From positions 35,694 to 99,693 of the IMG/VR virus record IMGVR_UViG_3300023223_001973: a stretch of DNA of 64,000 bases; one strand, 5' to 3'. Positions 34,841 to 45,602 of the stretch are shown here, piece after piece. Position numbers and translations under genes: made by a program. The number at the start of each line of letters is the position of its first letter. Within the stretch, counting starts at the first letter, position 1. Under the pieces are notes generated by a model. It made no database searches, was not told where the DNA came from, and worked only from the letters and a program-made list of their open reading frames with translations. Source of the DNA: a virus.

Positions 34841-36904
34841 ATGGCTAAGTTCTTCGACTTTGACGCTGCTGATGTTCTCAAGACAGTCCAACGGGCTGCT
34901 CGGCGGGGTGGAATCGATCCCGATAGTGATATTGGGCGTGCTGTTAAGTTGCTTGCCATTAAGATAGATCATGAGTATGTTCCCTTTCTAAGGGGAATGG
35001 ATGCTATCTACAAACGTCGAAGAGGGCAGGCTGAAATACAACAGCGCTTAGCTGAGACTATTAAGGCAGCCGCTGCTGCCTCCTTTGGTCTGCATGGGAT
35101 TGCAGCTGGTAACATTGACAATGAGGTAATAGCGAAGACCTTTGATCAGATATTTGCTCTTGAAGGGAATATGACTTATCTCTTCGAGACTGGGATGTCT
35201 GATATTCTGCTTCGTCAGAGGATGGAGGCAGTACAAGCCTCGACTGGGGTTGATCCGCATAATCTACGAGAAGCACTCAATACGTTTCGTCAGTATGCAG
35301 CTAAAGCTGCACCTCCTCCTATAGGGCGACGTGCTGCTGCAGGCGCATTCAGGTTAGCTGGGGCTGCGGGGAGAGGTCTTGGGCCTGCTGGAGCGACAGG
35401 GCTTAAGGCTGCTGCGCTTGGAGCTTTAGGTCCCTTCGCAGGATTTGGCATAGCTGCTGGGGCTGGTCTTCGAGGTTTGTTTAAGCGGATGAGAGGTGGA
35501 GGAGCACCCCCTGATGGTCAGCCTCCAGCTCCCGCAGGAGGCCTTGGAAGTCCATTTGGTGGTGCTATGCAGCCAATTTCTGCTATGGCTGGAGGTATGG
35601 GTGCAACTGTGCCTACTGATTCACCTGCTAGGAAGATGTTCGCTCGCCTGCCTGGTGGGATGCATCCTGGTGTGGGTATTCTAGTCCAGTTTTATAGTCG
35701 GTATGCTCATCGGACTAGGTATCTTAGAGACCTATTAAAGGCTACCAAGAAGGGTGCTACGGCTGCTGCAGCTGGTGGTGGATCTCTTTCGTCTCTTCTG
35801 GGAATAGGTGTTGCTGGCGGTGCTGCTAGAGGTCTATTAGGTAATATTGCTAGACTTCTACCAATACTGGCTCCTGTGGCAGGTGTTGGTATTGGTGCCT
35901 TCCAAGCGTGGCAGGCACAGTCTAAAGGCCAGGAATGGCTCGGTACTGACCAACCAAACATAAAGCAGCGTATAGCCCTTGGTGTGGGAGGCTTCTTCGG
36001 AGGGACAAGTCCTGGCATTGGTGAGGGTGGTACTTGGTCTGCCTTGTTAGCTGGATTGGGGGTGGGTGCACTTAAGGGATTCTTGATAGGTGCACCGTTC
36101 GGTCCTGTTGGCATGGTAGTAGGGGCCGTTCTGGGTCTTGTATTCGCTGCCATTGGTGGTAAACGCATTACTCAGGCAACGGACTGGTTGATTGATCAGA
36201 GTTTCAAGGGGTGGGTCTGGATCTCTGATAAAGTTTCAATAGCCTGGGAATGGTGGGGCAAGCAGTTTGAGGTTGTTAAGGAATGGGCCTTTAAGACTAC
36301 AATGCGGTTGATTACCTGGTTTAGCGATGTTCATGATAATACTGTAATATTCTGGGCAGATGCTCTTATCTCAATTGGTGATTGGTTGAGCATGTGGAAA
36401 GATGAGATGATTGGTGGTTTCAAGGTAGCTTGGGGCCTTCTCGTGCAATTGCCTGTAGATGTTGTAACCTGGTTTGCTACAGGGAGTCCTGCAGCTAAGA
36501 AGCGTATTGAGGAGAATCTTGCGCTTGTCTTCGATGCTTTCACCGGGTTTATAAGTCAAGCTTGGCTACTGATAAAGGGTTGGGCTAGGGATTCTATTAA
36601 GTTCTTAAAGAGCAAGCTGGATCCACGGAACTGGTTTACAGATGAAGGTGGGGATGTAGCTAGCGCTGGTCCTGCGATTGGGCTTCCTTCTGAGGGTGCA
36701 GCTGGATCTGCTACAGGAGAAGCGCCTATAGCTCCTGTTCAATCTTCAACAGCTAGGGACTTTGGTTCTAGGATTCATGCTGAGTTGAGGGAGATGAATC
36801 GACGTGAAGGTCAAGCTCGAACTGTTGCTCCAGAGAGGATACGTCAGCCTATGGGATATGGCGCTGATCCTGTTCTGGATTCCTTGAACGTTGTATCAAG
36901 CTAA
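34841..36904 (+). CDS. tape measure protein
   Basis: After the chaperones; Gly/Ala-rich hydrophobic segments and periodic Trp/Phe helical region. Confidence 0.75.
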   Translation: MAKFFDFDAADVLKTVQRAARRGGIDPDSDIGRAVKLLAIKIDHEYVPFLRGMDAIYKRRRGQAEIQQRLAETIKAAAAASFGLHGIAAGNIDNEVIAKTFDQIFALEGNMTYLFETGMSDILLRQRMEAVQASTGVDPHNLREALNTFRQYAAKAAPPPIGRRAAAGAFRLAGAAGRGLGPAGATGLKAAALGALGPFAGFGIAAGAGLRGLFKRMRGGGAPPDGQPPAPAGGLGSPFGGAMQPISAMAGGMGATVPTDSPARKMFARLPGGMHPGVGILVQFYSRYAHRTRYLRDLLKATKKGATAAAAGGGSLSSLLGIGVAGGAARGLLGNIARLLPILAPVAGVGIGAFQAWQAQSKGQEWLGTDQPNIKQRIALGVGGFFGGTSPGIGEGGTWSALLAGLGVGALKGFLIGAPFGPVGMVVGAVLGLVFAAIGGKRITQATDWLIDQSFKGWVWISDKVSIAWEWWGKQFEVVKEWAFKTTMRLITWFSDVHDNTVIFWADALISIGDWLSMWKDEMIGGFKVAWGLLVQLPVDVVTWFATGSPAAKKRIEENLALVFDAFTGFISQAWLLIKGWARDSIKFLKSKLDPRNWFTDEGGDVASAGPAIGLPSEGAAGSATGEAPIAPVQSSTARDFGSRIHAELREMNRREGQARTVAPERIRQPMGYGADPVLDSLNVVSS

Positions 36905-36913
36905 GGATATATT

Positions 36914-37735
36914 ATGACTATACGTGGGCCACTAACACAGGGTAGAAAACCTTCTGGCTCTGAGGGGCAAAGGATTACCTTTCAGGGTGGTACAGGTGAT
37001 GTCAAACAAGGTGAAATCCCTGCACGGCTAGGATTCAAGGATTTCCCCTTTGCGAAAACACCCTACATAGTTACTATATTCTCACGTCTTTTGAATACTA
37101 CTGTGTATGCCTTCTTGCAGGAGGATATCCAGTTCCGAGTGGACTCTAACTGGGCTACGATGGTTCCTAGCATAACCACTTCACCTGTAGGAGAGCTTAT
37201 CAATCTTGTAGCTCAGGCTGCTTCCTCTGGTCGGTTCTCTCTTGTGAATAAGATGACTTCTCGCCGGTATTGGAAGGGTTCAACTCCCATTACTCTGAAC
37301 CTGAACTTACGCTTTGAGGCTCTTGAGGATGCACGTACGGAGGTTCACCTTCCTTGTATGGCACTTCAGCAGATGGCCTCTCCTTCTGATGCTAAGGGTA
37401 ATTTCCTGGCTCCTCCAGGACCGAGTCCCTTTAAGTTCTTTCCTAGTGAGAAGGTGCCTGGTGGATCGAAGACTGTCCTCGCTGCTCAGGAGAGGCTTAC
37501 TCAGATTTCCAAGTTTGTGACAGCTGGGGCGGATACGTTAACATGCCAGATAGGCAGGGCCCTGACGTTTAACAACGTTATCTTGAAGTCTGTTGGTATT
37601 AGGATGGCACCACGGATGAATGCTGCTGGATTCCCTGTAGCGGCCGTGGCTGACGTTGTTATAGAAACATATGAAGTCCTTACTAAGGATGCCTTGCGTG
37701 TCGTCTATAATGAATCACCTAAGAGTGTGAGATGA
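36914..37735 (+). CDS. baseplate/tube-initiator protein
   Basis: Position; tube-like beta pattern (ITLNLNLRF, APPGP, GFPVAAVADVVIET). Confidence 0.55.
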   Translation: MTIRGPLTQGRKPSGSEGQRITFQGGTGDVKQGEIPARLGFKDFPFAKTPYIVTIFSRLLNTTVYAFLQEDIQFRVDSNWATMVPSITTSPVGELINLVAQAASSGRFSLVNKMTSRRYWKGSTPITLNLNLRFEALEDARTEVHLPCMALQQMASPSDAKGNFLAPPGPSPFKFFPSEKVPGGSKTVLAAQERLTQISKFVTAGADTLTCQIGRALTFNNVILKSVGIRMAPRMNAAGFPVAAVADVVIETYEVLTKDALRVVYNESPKSVR

Positions 37736-38043
37736 ATAGGAATCTGTTCTTTAGCATTGTAACCGTTGATGGGGTCCAAGAGTTGGATCTAATGGATGAG
37801 GCATTGGATGGGTTTAAGCTGGAGATCAAGCGGCAGGTTGAGTTCTACCGTGTTACTGATGCAGACCTTGTTAGACCTGATTTTATATCCTTTAAGTTCT
37901 ATGGGAACGAGAGGTTCTGGTGGATTATTATGGTTATCAACGATATTATTGATATTAGAGCTGATCTGGTTGCAGGAATGTTGTTACAAATCCCTGATGT
38001 ACTGGATATCTATGATTACTTTAAGAAGAAACGGAAGCGTTAG
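37732..38043 (+). CDS. LysM-like baseplate wedge protein (gp53-like)
   Basis: RPDFISFKFYGNERFWWIIMVINDI...GMLLQIP. Confidence 0.85.
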   Translation: MNRNLFFSIVTVDGVQELDLMDEALDGFKLEIKRQVEFYRVTDADLVRPDFISFKFYGNERFWWIIMVINDIIDIRADLVAGMLLQIPDVLDIYDYFKKKRKR

Positions 38044-38046
38044 TCT

Positions 38047-39291
38047 ATGCCAGAATCAGATGCACAACGTAGGCAGATTAAGCGTGGGGTTGAGGGCAAC
38101 TATGCTCTGAGGCTCAAGCTAGGGGAGTCAACGATACCATCGACTCCTCCTGAGATGCAATGGGTGGAGGTGTCTGCGGGCATTGACCGATTCTTACCAT
38201 CGATTGACATGTCTGTTCAAGATGCTTTTGGGATTATTACACATCTTGTCCCTGCTGATAGGCAGACCAATAATGTAACGGTTGGGCTAGGTGACCAAGA
38301 GTATGTGGAGATGAAGTTTGACCTCTATAGGAGGAAGTCTCAGGCTGAGAATGTGATTCAGTCTTATTGGTCTCCGATAGGGTTGCTTCAGGTGCCTGGC
38401 CTGTTTACCCCTTCTCGTGTGCGGACGTTTAGGCAGAGTGGTGCTGCCTTGACTGTGAAGGCTGTGATTGAGAAGATTGCCGAAGAGATGGACTTGGACC
38501 ATGACGTTTCTCCGGACTTGAACTTTATTATTGAGAATCTGTATCAGCCAAGTGTTCCTAATCATCTGTTTCTACGCTATCTTAGCACACGGTTGAAGGG
38601 CTTTTCGGGGACTTTGGCCTTTTACTGCTTTGTTATTCCAACACAGAGGAAGCCCAAGTTGATATTTCTGGGCATAGAGGAGCTACTCCGGGCTGCTCCC
38701 TCTGTAAGGTTTGTCTATAATGATTCTCCTATTAGAGACCTGTCACCAGCTTATAACCTTCAGGTGATGGACAACTATGCTTTCTTTCGTACACGGGGCA
38801 CCGCTGGGTTTGATTACGGTTTCTTCGACTGGGATAAAGGTTCTTTTGAGACAGTTCAGAAGACGCTCTCTGATATCAATGTAGAAAGTTTATCTCGGTT
38901 CTACCTGGTGGATCAGAATGACTCTGAGACTGATTTCTATAGTATCAGACGGTACGGAAGGACGAATGAGTTCCAGGATAAGCTTGGTGATTTTGAGGGG
39001 CAGGCTCTTAATACTTATCTTAAGCGTCTAAATAACCTGGTACAGATTTGGATTGATACTGATGGTGATGCTACCATCTGGCCGGGACAAGTGGTGAATA
39101 TTTACTTTCCTTCTGGTCAGGAGGAAGCTAAGATATTAGCCTTCCAGTATAGTGGGTCTTGGCTGGTGTCTAGGGTTGTTCATCATTGGCAGTCTACTTA
39201 TCACACGAGGCTCCTGCTTATCAGACCTGGTGTTGACACCTCTGAGGAGACGACACTGGTGAGACCTAACTTTGTCTATACGAGGGGCTAA
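38047..39291 (+). CDS. baseplate hub protein (gp27/gpD-like)
   Basis: Position; GDATIWPGQVV and YSGSWLVSRVVH C-terminal motifs. Confidence 0.75.
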   Translation: MPESDAQRRQIKRGVEGNYALRLKLGESTIPSTPPEMQWVEVSAGIDRFLPSIDMSVQDAFGIITHLVPADRQTNNVTVGLGDQEYVEMKFDLYRRKSQAENVIQSYWSPIGLLQVPGLFTPSRVRTFRQSGAALTVKAVIEKIAEEMDLDHDVSPDLNFIIENLYQPSVPNHLFLRYLSTRLKGFSGTLAFYCFVIPTQRKPKLIFLGIEELLRAAPSVRFVYNDSPIRDLSPAYNLQVMDNYAFFRTRGTAGFDYGFFDWDKGSFETVQKTLSDINVESLSRFYLVDQNDSETDFYSIRRYGRTNEFQDKLGDFEGQALNTYLKRLNNLVQIWIDTDGDATIWPGQVVNIYFPSGQEEAKILAFQYSGSWLVSRVVHHWQSTYHTRLLLIRPGVDTSEETTLVRPNFVYTRG

Positions 39292-39943
39292 CGTGGAGGA
39301 AGGGTTAGAAGAGAGACAAAAGCTTGGGGACCTGAATGGGTTCTACCGGGGCGTTGTTGTGGACACTGCAGACCCGAAGAAGAAGGGTCGTGTCCGTGTA
39401 AGAGTCTTCGCTGTGATGGAGGAGTTGACTGATACTGATAAAGACTCTATACCTTGGGCGGTGCCTGCACAAGGTCTTACCTCTGGTGGAGCTGGTATAG
39501 GCTTTGGGGTCTTCTCTGTTCCACAAGTGGACTCTTTTGTCTTTGTATTCTTTGAAGCTGGTGATCCGTTCCAGCCTGTGTATTTTGCTGAAGCTACTGA
39601 TGGGGTGCACGGTCAACCAACCTTTAAGGATACAAATTACCCCGATAGAAGGGGCTTCCGTCTCAAGAATGGAGTAGAGTTCTTCGTTGATGAGGTAAAT
39701 GATCTCATCAAGTTGACCCACCCTTCTGGGACGGAAGTCACTATTGATGAAAGTGGTAAGGTAGCCATTAAGTCAACCCAAGTGGAGATAGGTTCAGCCT
39801 CTTTTAAGAAGTTGGTGAATGAGGCCTTTCAAGCTGTGTATAATAGTCATACGCATGTTGCACCTGGTGGGGGTGGGCCTACTTCTGCACCATCGGTACT
39901 GATAACGCCGAGTGAGTTGACACAGGAAACTAAGGCTAGTTAG
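39272..39943 (+). CDS. baseplate central spike (gp5 OB-fold / gpV-like), no lysozyme domain
   Basis: YRGVVVDTADPKKKGRVRVRV, IPWAVP, VFFEAGDPFQPV, HPSGT, apex HTH motif. Confidence 0.88.
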   Translation: MSIRGANVEEGLEERQKLGDLNGFYRGVVVDTADPKKKGRVRVRVFAVMEELTDTDKDSIPWAVPAQGLTSGGAGIGFGVFSVPQVDSFVFVFFEAGDPFQPVYFAEATDGVHGQPTFKDTNYPDRRGFRLKNGVEFFVDEVNDLIKLTHPSGTEVTIDESGKVAIKSTQVEIGSASFKKLVNEAFQAVYNSHTHVAPGGGGPTSAPSVLITPSELTQETKAS

Positions 39944-39951
39944 AGGTTCTT

Positions 39952-40332
39952 ATGGCAGAACAACTTCAATGGAGTGATCTTGACCGCCAGTTTAACCTTG
40001 ATGGTAAGGGTGACATCAAGGTTGCACGTAATACTGAAGCGGTTCGTCAGTCCATTCTAAACATAATGGAGACCCTGTTAGGGCAGCGTGTGATGTTGGT
40101 ATCCTTTGCCTCTACTGCCGGTATTAATCTGTTTGAGCCTCTGGATGAGCTATTGCGCTATCAGTTTGCTGTTGAGATCAAGGATACAGTGGAGAAGTGG
40201 GATGACAGGGTCTCAGTGCAGGAGGTTATCTTCAATCCTGATCCTGAGCATGGGTTTGCTGATGTGACTGTTAGATTTGCCATTGTTGGCTACTCTCAGA
40301 TATTCGCAGCTGAAAAGAGGTTTTTACAATGA
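39952..40332 (+). CDS. baseplate wedge gp25-like protein
   Basis: AVRQSILNIMET..GQRVM, LFEPLD, WDDRV. Confidence 0.88.
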   Translation: MAEQLQWSDLDRQFNLDGKGDIKVARNTEAVRQSILNIMETLLGQRVMLVSFASTAGINLFEPLDELLRYQFAVEIKDTVEKWDDRVSVQEVIFNPDPEHGFADVTVRFAIVGYSQIFAAEKRFLQ

Positions 40333-42011
40333 GCCCACTGAACTTTGTTGAGACTGACTTTGACGAGCTGGTAAAGCAGTTGCAGGACATCGTCAAGGAC
40401 AAGGATACCTGGAAGGACATCTTCTCTTCTGGGACGGGGCAGATGCTCATTGAGTTGTTCTCCTTCGTTAGCGAAATGCTAATGTTCTATATTGAGCGTA
40501 GAGCTCAGGAGTCTTATCTTGACACTGCCCAGCTCAGAAGCTCAGTAGTTAACCTGGTTAAGCTAATCAACTATCAACCTAAGAGGAATGTATCAGCAGT
40601 TGGTGATGTTCAGTTTACGCTGGCTGCTGCCCATACTGAGAATATCTTTATTAGTAAGTTCACGAACCTTGAGTCTGCCGCGGGTGTTCCTTACCTGACT
40701 AATGAAGAGGGTGTTATCTCTGCGGGGACCTTGCAGGTAACTTTGGAAGCTATCCAAGGTGAAAGGATCACAGCCAACTTCACAGGTGATGGTACGATTA
40801 ATCAGTCCGTGCTGGTGAATGATAAAGAGGTTGAGAACACTGAAATTGATGTCTTTGTTGATAGTATCAAGTGGACCTCTGTTACTAGCTTTGTAAGGTC
40901 TACGGGCACGGATCAGCATTATAAGATTGAGGCTGGACTGGATGGGACGATTACTATCCAGTTTGGTGATGGTCAGTTTGGTGCTGTTCCTGGTAATACT
41001 CTACAGATTCAGGTTCAGTATATCCGCTCTAAGGGTGACGCTGGTAATGTCTTCTCTGATACGGGTGTGGTCACTTCTATCGTGGATACCATTCTAGATG
41101 CTCTGAATGCTCCTGTAACTGACATCTCTGTAAACAACACTTCCAAGTTCTTGAGTGGGGATGATGCTGAGAGTATTGATGAAATCAAGTTTGAGGCTCC
41201 TCGTGTCTTCGCAACGGGTGATAGGGCTGTTACCAGAGCTGACTATATTGCTATTCTTGAGAACCAACCTGGTGTAGTGTCAGCTAACGTCTTTGGTGAG
41301 AATGAGTTGAATCCACCTGACATAACCAAGTTCAACCTTGTCCGTATCCTCCTGGTGCTGGCGAACTATGCCTTTCCAGATACAGCCTTTAAGCTTGACC
41401 TTCAGGACTTCTTGCTGACTAAGGCTCAGATTACTGTGCACTATGAGTTCGTAGACCCCACTATTATTGATGTAGTAGCTATCGATGTGGCTACGGTCCC
41501 TCTTGACCAGTCTTTATCTGCGGTGGATGCTGCTATTAAGGCAGTGCTTGATGCTCAGTTCCTCCTTGGTACTGTTACCATTGCCTCTCCTATTAGGTTC
41601 TCTGATGTGAGTCGTGCTATTGATGAGATTGTGGGTGTGGATTTTCATACTCTCAGACTTCGCATCCGGCAGACTCTAGGTACTGGTGATGGATCAACGA
41701 ACCTTTACACTGGCACCTTGTTTCTTACTCCTACTGAGGACTTTGTTCAAGTCTTCCAGGACACTACTCTGGTGGCTGAGGATGATGGGCTAGGGAATCT
41801 TACTGAAGTGGCAGGTTCTGGGGTGACAGGTACTATAAACTATGTGACCCGGGTCATATCAGTGACGTTCTCTATTGCACCCCCTCTGACGACAACTGTC
41901 TTTGCCCGTTACAAGATGAATCCTGGAGACGGGTCTGACGACCTGATTGTGGCACGGGATATGATCCTTCGATTGGTTACTAAGGAAATAACGGTAGGCT
42001 TTGTATCATGA
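40329..42011 (+). CDS. baseplate wedge gp6/J-like protein
   Basis: DFDEL, ESYLDTAQLRSSV, FGDGQFG, ESIDEIK, RAVTRADY. Confidence 0.9.
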   Translation: MSPLNFVETDFDELVKQLQDIVKDKDTWKDIFSSGTGQMLIELFSFVSEMLMFYIERRAQESYLDTAQLRSSVVNLVKLINYQPKRNVSAVGDVQFTLAAAHTENIFISKFTNLESAAGVPYLTNEEGVISAGTLQVTLEAIQGERITANFTGDGTINQSVLVNDKEVENTEIDVFVDSIKWTSVTSFVRSTGTDQHYKIEAGLDGTITIQFGDGQFGAVPGNTLQIQVQYIRSKGDAGNVFSDTGVVTSIVDTILDALNAPVTDISVNNTSKFLSGDDAESIDEIKFEAPRVFATGDRAVTRADYIAILENQPGVVSANVFGENELNPPDITKFNLVRILLVLANYAFPDTAFKLDLQDFLLTKAQITVHYEFVDPTIIDVVAIDVATVPLDQSLSAVDAAIKAVLDAQFLLGTVTIASPIRFSDVSRAIDEIVGVDFHTLRLRIRQTLGTGDGSTNLYTGTLFLTPTEDFVQVFQDTTLVAEDDGLGNLTEVAGSGVTGTINYVTRVISVTFSIAPPLTTTVFARYKMNPGDGSDDLIVARDMILRLVTKEITVGFVS

Positions 42012-43126
42012 ACTGGGAAACTGACCTTCCTCTTCTGCTTCCTGAATCATACCGCCAAGAACAGCGGGTAAGGGAACTCTTCGAGGCTATCGGGGAGTGG
42101 ATAGATACCTTTCCTCAGACTAAGGCAACCGAGTTAATTGAGTTGGTCAGTCCTCTGACTGTACCCTTAGAATTCAAGCAGTTATTGTCTGACCTGATAG
42201 GGTTCCAGATCAGTACTTTTGATGATCCGGCTGAGTTCCAGATACGCAGGCAGATGCAGGAAGCAGTTGAGTGGTATAAGCTAAAAGGTACCTATGTTGC
42301 TATAGAAATAGTAATCTTCTCTACGGGTCTGTCTGTAACTGTATTTGACAAGTATACCATCGACTATGTGAACTTTATTCGTACCCCCTGGTTTGTCAGT
42401 GGCATTGGTATCGACCCTGTCCCACCTGGCTTCTTTAAGTCAGCCCACTTCGACCTTGATTTTAACTTGTCGTTCTTCTTTGGGGCCTCTCCTACATGGT
42501 ATTTGGTGAATGAGCCTAAGTTTACTGAGATAGCCCGCAGGGTTGAGGAGTTTCGACCTGCAAATACTGTTCCACATTTTGTGATGGCTCTTAGTCCTAT
42601 TACGGATCAACAGAAGGATATTCTTAAGTCCTTATCTTATGAGTTAGCATTCCCATTAGATGCAAGCTTAGAGACTTCTTTAGCTTTTACTATACCTGAA
42701 TCTCAAATTAGCACCATAGTAACAAATCTATGGGTGTCTGCTAACCAAACGTTTGATATAGGACTGCTCCTTGATGACTCTCTGCTCCTTGATATAAGCC
42801 CTTCCGGGTTTCTTGCCAGTGTTACTAATTTTAAGGTGGGGATTGGGCGTCGTGGATCAACTCCCCGATCTTCTTTTACTGATCTTGAGACACCCGTCTT
42901 TTCCGCTACTCTTACTAGTAAAGCAATCTTTGCTGATAGGGTGGAGATTGAGTTTGTTGTACCGACAGGAGTGTCGATACCGACAGGAGTCACAGAGTGG
43001 GGTCTATTTAATAGTGTTCTGTCAGAGATGTATGTTGTCGGTACCCATCCATTTATCTTTAAGGACACTATTGCTGAGATACGTTATAGTGTCACAATCT
43101 TCTTTGATGATCAGGTTAGGCCGTAG
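42008..43126 (+). CDS. baseplate wedge gp7/tail protein I-like
   Basis: WYKLKGT and FRPANT motifs; after gp6. Confidence 0.7.
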   Translation: MNWETDLPLLLPESYRQEQRVRELFEAIGEWIDTFPQTKATELIELVSPLTVPLEFKQLLSDLIGFQISTFDDPAEFQIRRQMQEAVEWYKLKGTYVAIEIVIFSTGLSVTVFDKYTIDYVNFIRTPWFVSGIGIDPVPPGFFKSAHFDLDFNLSFFFGASPTWYLVNEPKFTEIARRVEEFRPANTVPHFVMALSPITDQQKDILKSLSYELAFPLDASLETSLAFTIPESQISTIVTNLWVSANQTFDIGLLLDDSLLLDISPSGFLASVTNFKVGIGRRGSTPRSSFTDLETPVFSATLTSKAIFADRVEIEFVVPTGVSIPTGVTEWGLFNSVLSEMYVVGTHPFIFKDTIAEIRYSVTIFFDDQVRP

Positions 43127-43138
43127 GAGGAGAGACCA

Positions 43139-45184
43139 GTGTCAACTGCTGTAGATAAAGGGACCCAGGATATCCAGTTCTCTTTCAAGGACCCGTTGAA
43201 CTCATCGGAGTTTGACTTGCGGAACAAGGATATCATTTCTCCCGGCATGTATAAGGGCGGGTTCCTGACTAAGGTCACTGACGCATCCGTGACTGTCTCT
43301 CCTGTTCGGATTGAGATTGATGATGGGACCAATCAGGTTCGCATGCAGAATGTCCTTGCTGTAGCAGTTACTGTAAGCTCTGCTGCTCCCTTTGTAATCC
43401 TGCGTTGGACTTATAATCCAGTGGTATCCTGGTTTGTTGACTTTCTGGCTGTGGCCGAGTCTGCAATCACGGCTACCGATCTAATAGTTGGTGAGGCTTT
43501 GTACTCGGGTCCCACTCTTACTGGATTCTCTTACGCCAGACGCTCGGTGCCTTGGTCTGCAAATGAGCAGCTTAAGGTAGTTCCTTTAGAAACCCCTGTT
43601 ATGAAGGTTCACATTAATGGTGGATTTTATCGTGATGGTGGGGTGAATACGAGGATCCAGGATCAGGACTCTAATACTATAGTTGCCCCTGTGACCTTTC
43701 CGCGAATTGACCTTGTGTTGGTTAACCGTTTTAACACGATTGAGATCTTAGCAGGTGCTGAGGCTGCAACTCCTGTAGCCAAGAACCCTGGTAATGCAAC
43801 GGTGTTAGCAGAGCTTCATCTTAAGATAACTACTATAGCTATCAATGAGATTGAGATTAGAGACGCACGAGCCTTCGCTTCGGGTCCTGTGAAGGTTAAG
43901 TGGATAATGCTCCACCCTGATCGGGGTACTTTGAATGCACAGTTGGCTGTTATTACGGCAGGTGATCGGTACTATCTCGCACCTGGCACCTATACTTTGG
44001 GTGCTAACCTGACCATAACTCAGGATGATGTTGAGCTTCAGGGTGCTGGAGAAGACGAGGTTACCATTAATACAGGAGCCTTTAACCTGGCCTTCTCAGG
44101 TGATCTGTGTTCAGCGACAGACCTATCTATCGATAACTCTGCAGGCCTCGTGGGTCTGGCTGGTGCTGATCGAGTAGAACGAGTTACAATCATTGATGCT
44201 GGTACCACAGGCTTTAGTGATTGTCACAACATGTATTCTCCTACGGTTACCTTAGCGGGGACTAATGGTTTCCTGAACTGCACCAATATTATCAATCCCA
44301 CAGTTGGTGGAGGGGTTCCTACACCGTTCTCAGGCACAGACTCTGTCATTGATACCAATGGCATGGAGGCTTCCTTTGCAGCTGTTAATCCTAGCGTTGA
44401 TAACCCGTTCCTTACTCAGCAGTTGGCGATCTTTAACTTAGATGCTGATTATGGTATTGTAGACTCGCATAGTGTTAGGATTAACAGTGGCTCTATTATT
44501 CAGTTGTTCGATACTGTTCCTACGGGGGCTCCTACAAAGGCTATCTTGGCTAAGCCTAGTTCTCTCATAACTGTAGATCTTGATGCTAGTGGGGCTAACG
44601 GTTTAGACACAGGAATCCCTGCTGTTACCACTTGGTATAATTTATTCCTAATAGGGGATACCACTGGGGTAGCTGCTTTGGCCGGTCTACTGTCCCTGAG
44701 TGCTACAGCACCAACTCTACCTGGGACTTATGATGTGTTCCGTAGAATAGGTTCTGTGCGTTGTGATTCTTTAGGTCCTACAGTTGTTCTTGAGGCTTAC
44801 AACAAGAATGGTAAATTGTACTATCTGGAGGAGCATGTATTCAGGACTACGGACCCTGGAACTTCATTTACGGCAGTGCATCCTACGTCACCAAGTAACT
44901 TCATTCCACCTACCTCTAAGAGAGGCATATTCGGGATACTTGTAGATGAGGGCACTGGATCTGTTGACTCAGCATTTGCTGCACACCCGGATGTGATAAC
45001 GACTGGAGGAGCAGGAAAACAAATAGCAGGTTCTGGAACAGCATTCCCTGCTGGTGTCTCGATGTTGGATACTAACGAGTATGAGTGTGATCTTGATTCC
45101 AGCCAGGATATTGCATTAAAGAGCACTTCGGGGGTCTTTGATAACCAGCGCCATTGGGTCATTGGTTATATAGAATCATTGTAG
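43139..45184 (+). CDS. tail fibre/spike protein
   Basis: PRIDLV anchor region, beta-helix start YLAPGTY...VELQGAG, GANGLDTG...SATAPTLP...RRIGSV module. Confidence 0.7.
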   Translation: MSTAVDKGTQDIQFSFKDPLNSSEFDLRNKDIISPGMYKGGFLTKVTDASVTVSPVRIEIDDGTNQVRMQNVLAVAVTVSSAAPFVILRWTYNPVVSWFVDFLAVAESAITATDLIVGEALYSGPTLTGFSYARRSVPWSANEQLKVVPLETPVMKVHINGGFYRDGGVNTRIQDQDSNTIVAPVTFPRIDLVLVNRFNTIEILAGAEAATPVAKNPGNATVLAELHLKITTIAINEIEIRDARAFASGPVKVKWIMLHPDRGTLNAQLAVITAGDRYYLAPGTYTLGANLTITQDDVELQGAGEDEVTINTGAFNLAFSGDLCSATDLSIDNSAGLVGLAGADRVERVTIIDAGTTGFSDCHNMYSPTVTLAGTNGFLNCTNIINPTVGGGVPTPFSGTDSVIDTNGMEASFAAVNPSVDNPFLTQQLAIFNLDADYGIVDSHSVRINSGSIIQLFDTVPTGAPTKAILAKPSSLITVDLDASGANGLDTGIPAVTTWYNLFLIGDTTGVAALAGLLSLSATAPTLPGTYDVFRRIGSVRCDSLGPTVVLEAYNKNGKLYYLEEHVFRTTDPGTSFTAVHPTSPSNFIPPTSKRGIFGILVDEGTGSVDSAFAAHPDVITTGGAGKQIAGSGTAFPAGVSMLDTNEYECDLDSSQDIALKSTSGVFDNQRHWVIGYIESL

Positions 45185-45193
45185 GGAGTCCTT

Positions 45194-45580
45194 GTGCCTG
45201 TTGATCAGATTATAGTACCCATTAACTTCAACCTGCGTGGACCGCAGATTGATCCTATTACGTTGAAGGCAGGACAGGATCGCGCAATTCTCTTCCAACT
45301 CCGACAGGAGGATGGTACTAAATTAGATTGCTCTAGTTGTGTCTACTCTATGACAGTAAAGATCTCTCCCTTCCTTAAACGTATAATATTAGCCTTCTCT
45401 GGACCGGATTTTGACATTACTGATGAGGAGGATGGTGATGTTGTTCTGAATATAAGTGGCTCTCTCCTGGATATAGAGCCTAGGGCTTACTTTGCTGAGC
45501 TTCAGGTGACATTTCCGGTTGAGGGTGTGTTTAAGTCCAAGACCTTTGGATTCACCGTGCTAGCGGCTCTTACTGCTTGA
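45194..45580 (+). CDS. BppU-N-like Ig-fold adaptor protein
   Basis: ITLKAGQD...GTKLD...DGDVVL...YFAELQVT pattern; paralog of 55060..55395. Confidence 0.55.
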   Translation: MPVDQIIVPINFNLRGPQIDPITLKAGQDRAILFQLRQEDGTKLDCSSCVYSMTVKISPFLKRIILAFSGPDFDITDEEDGDVVLNISGSLLDIEPRAYFAELQVTFPVEGVFKSKTFGFTVLAALTA

Positions 45581-45602
45581 GATTAGATGAGGGGATAACC
45601 TG

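Noticed and set aside
31110-43126. Stand-alone contractile injection system (tailocin/eCIS/T6SS)
   Set aside because: The tail genes are contiguous with terminase, portal, protease and capsid genes, so this is a complete phage.
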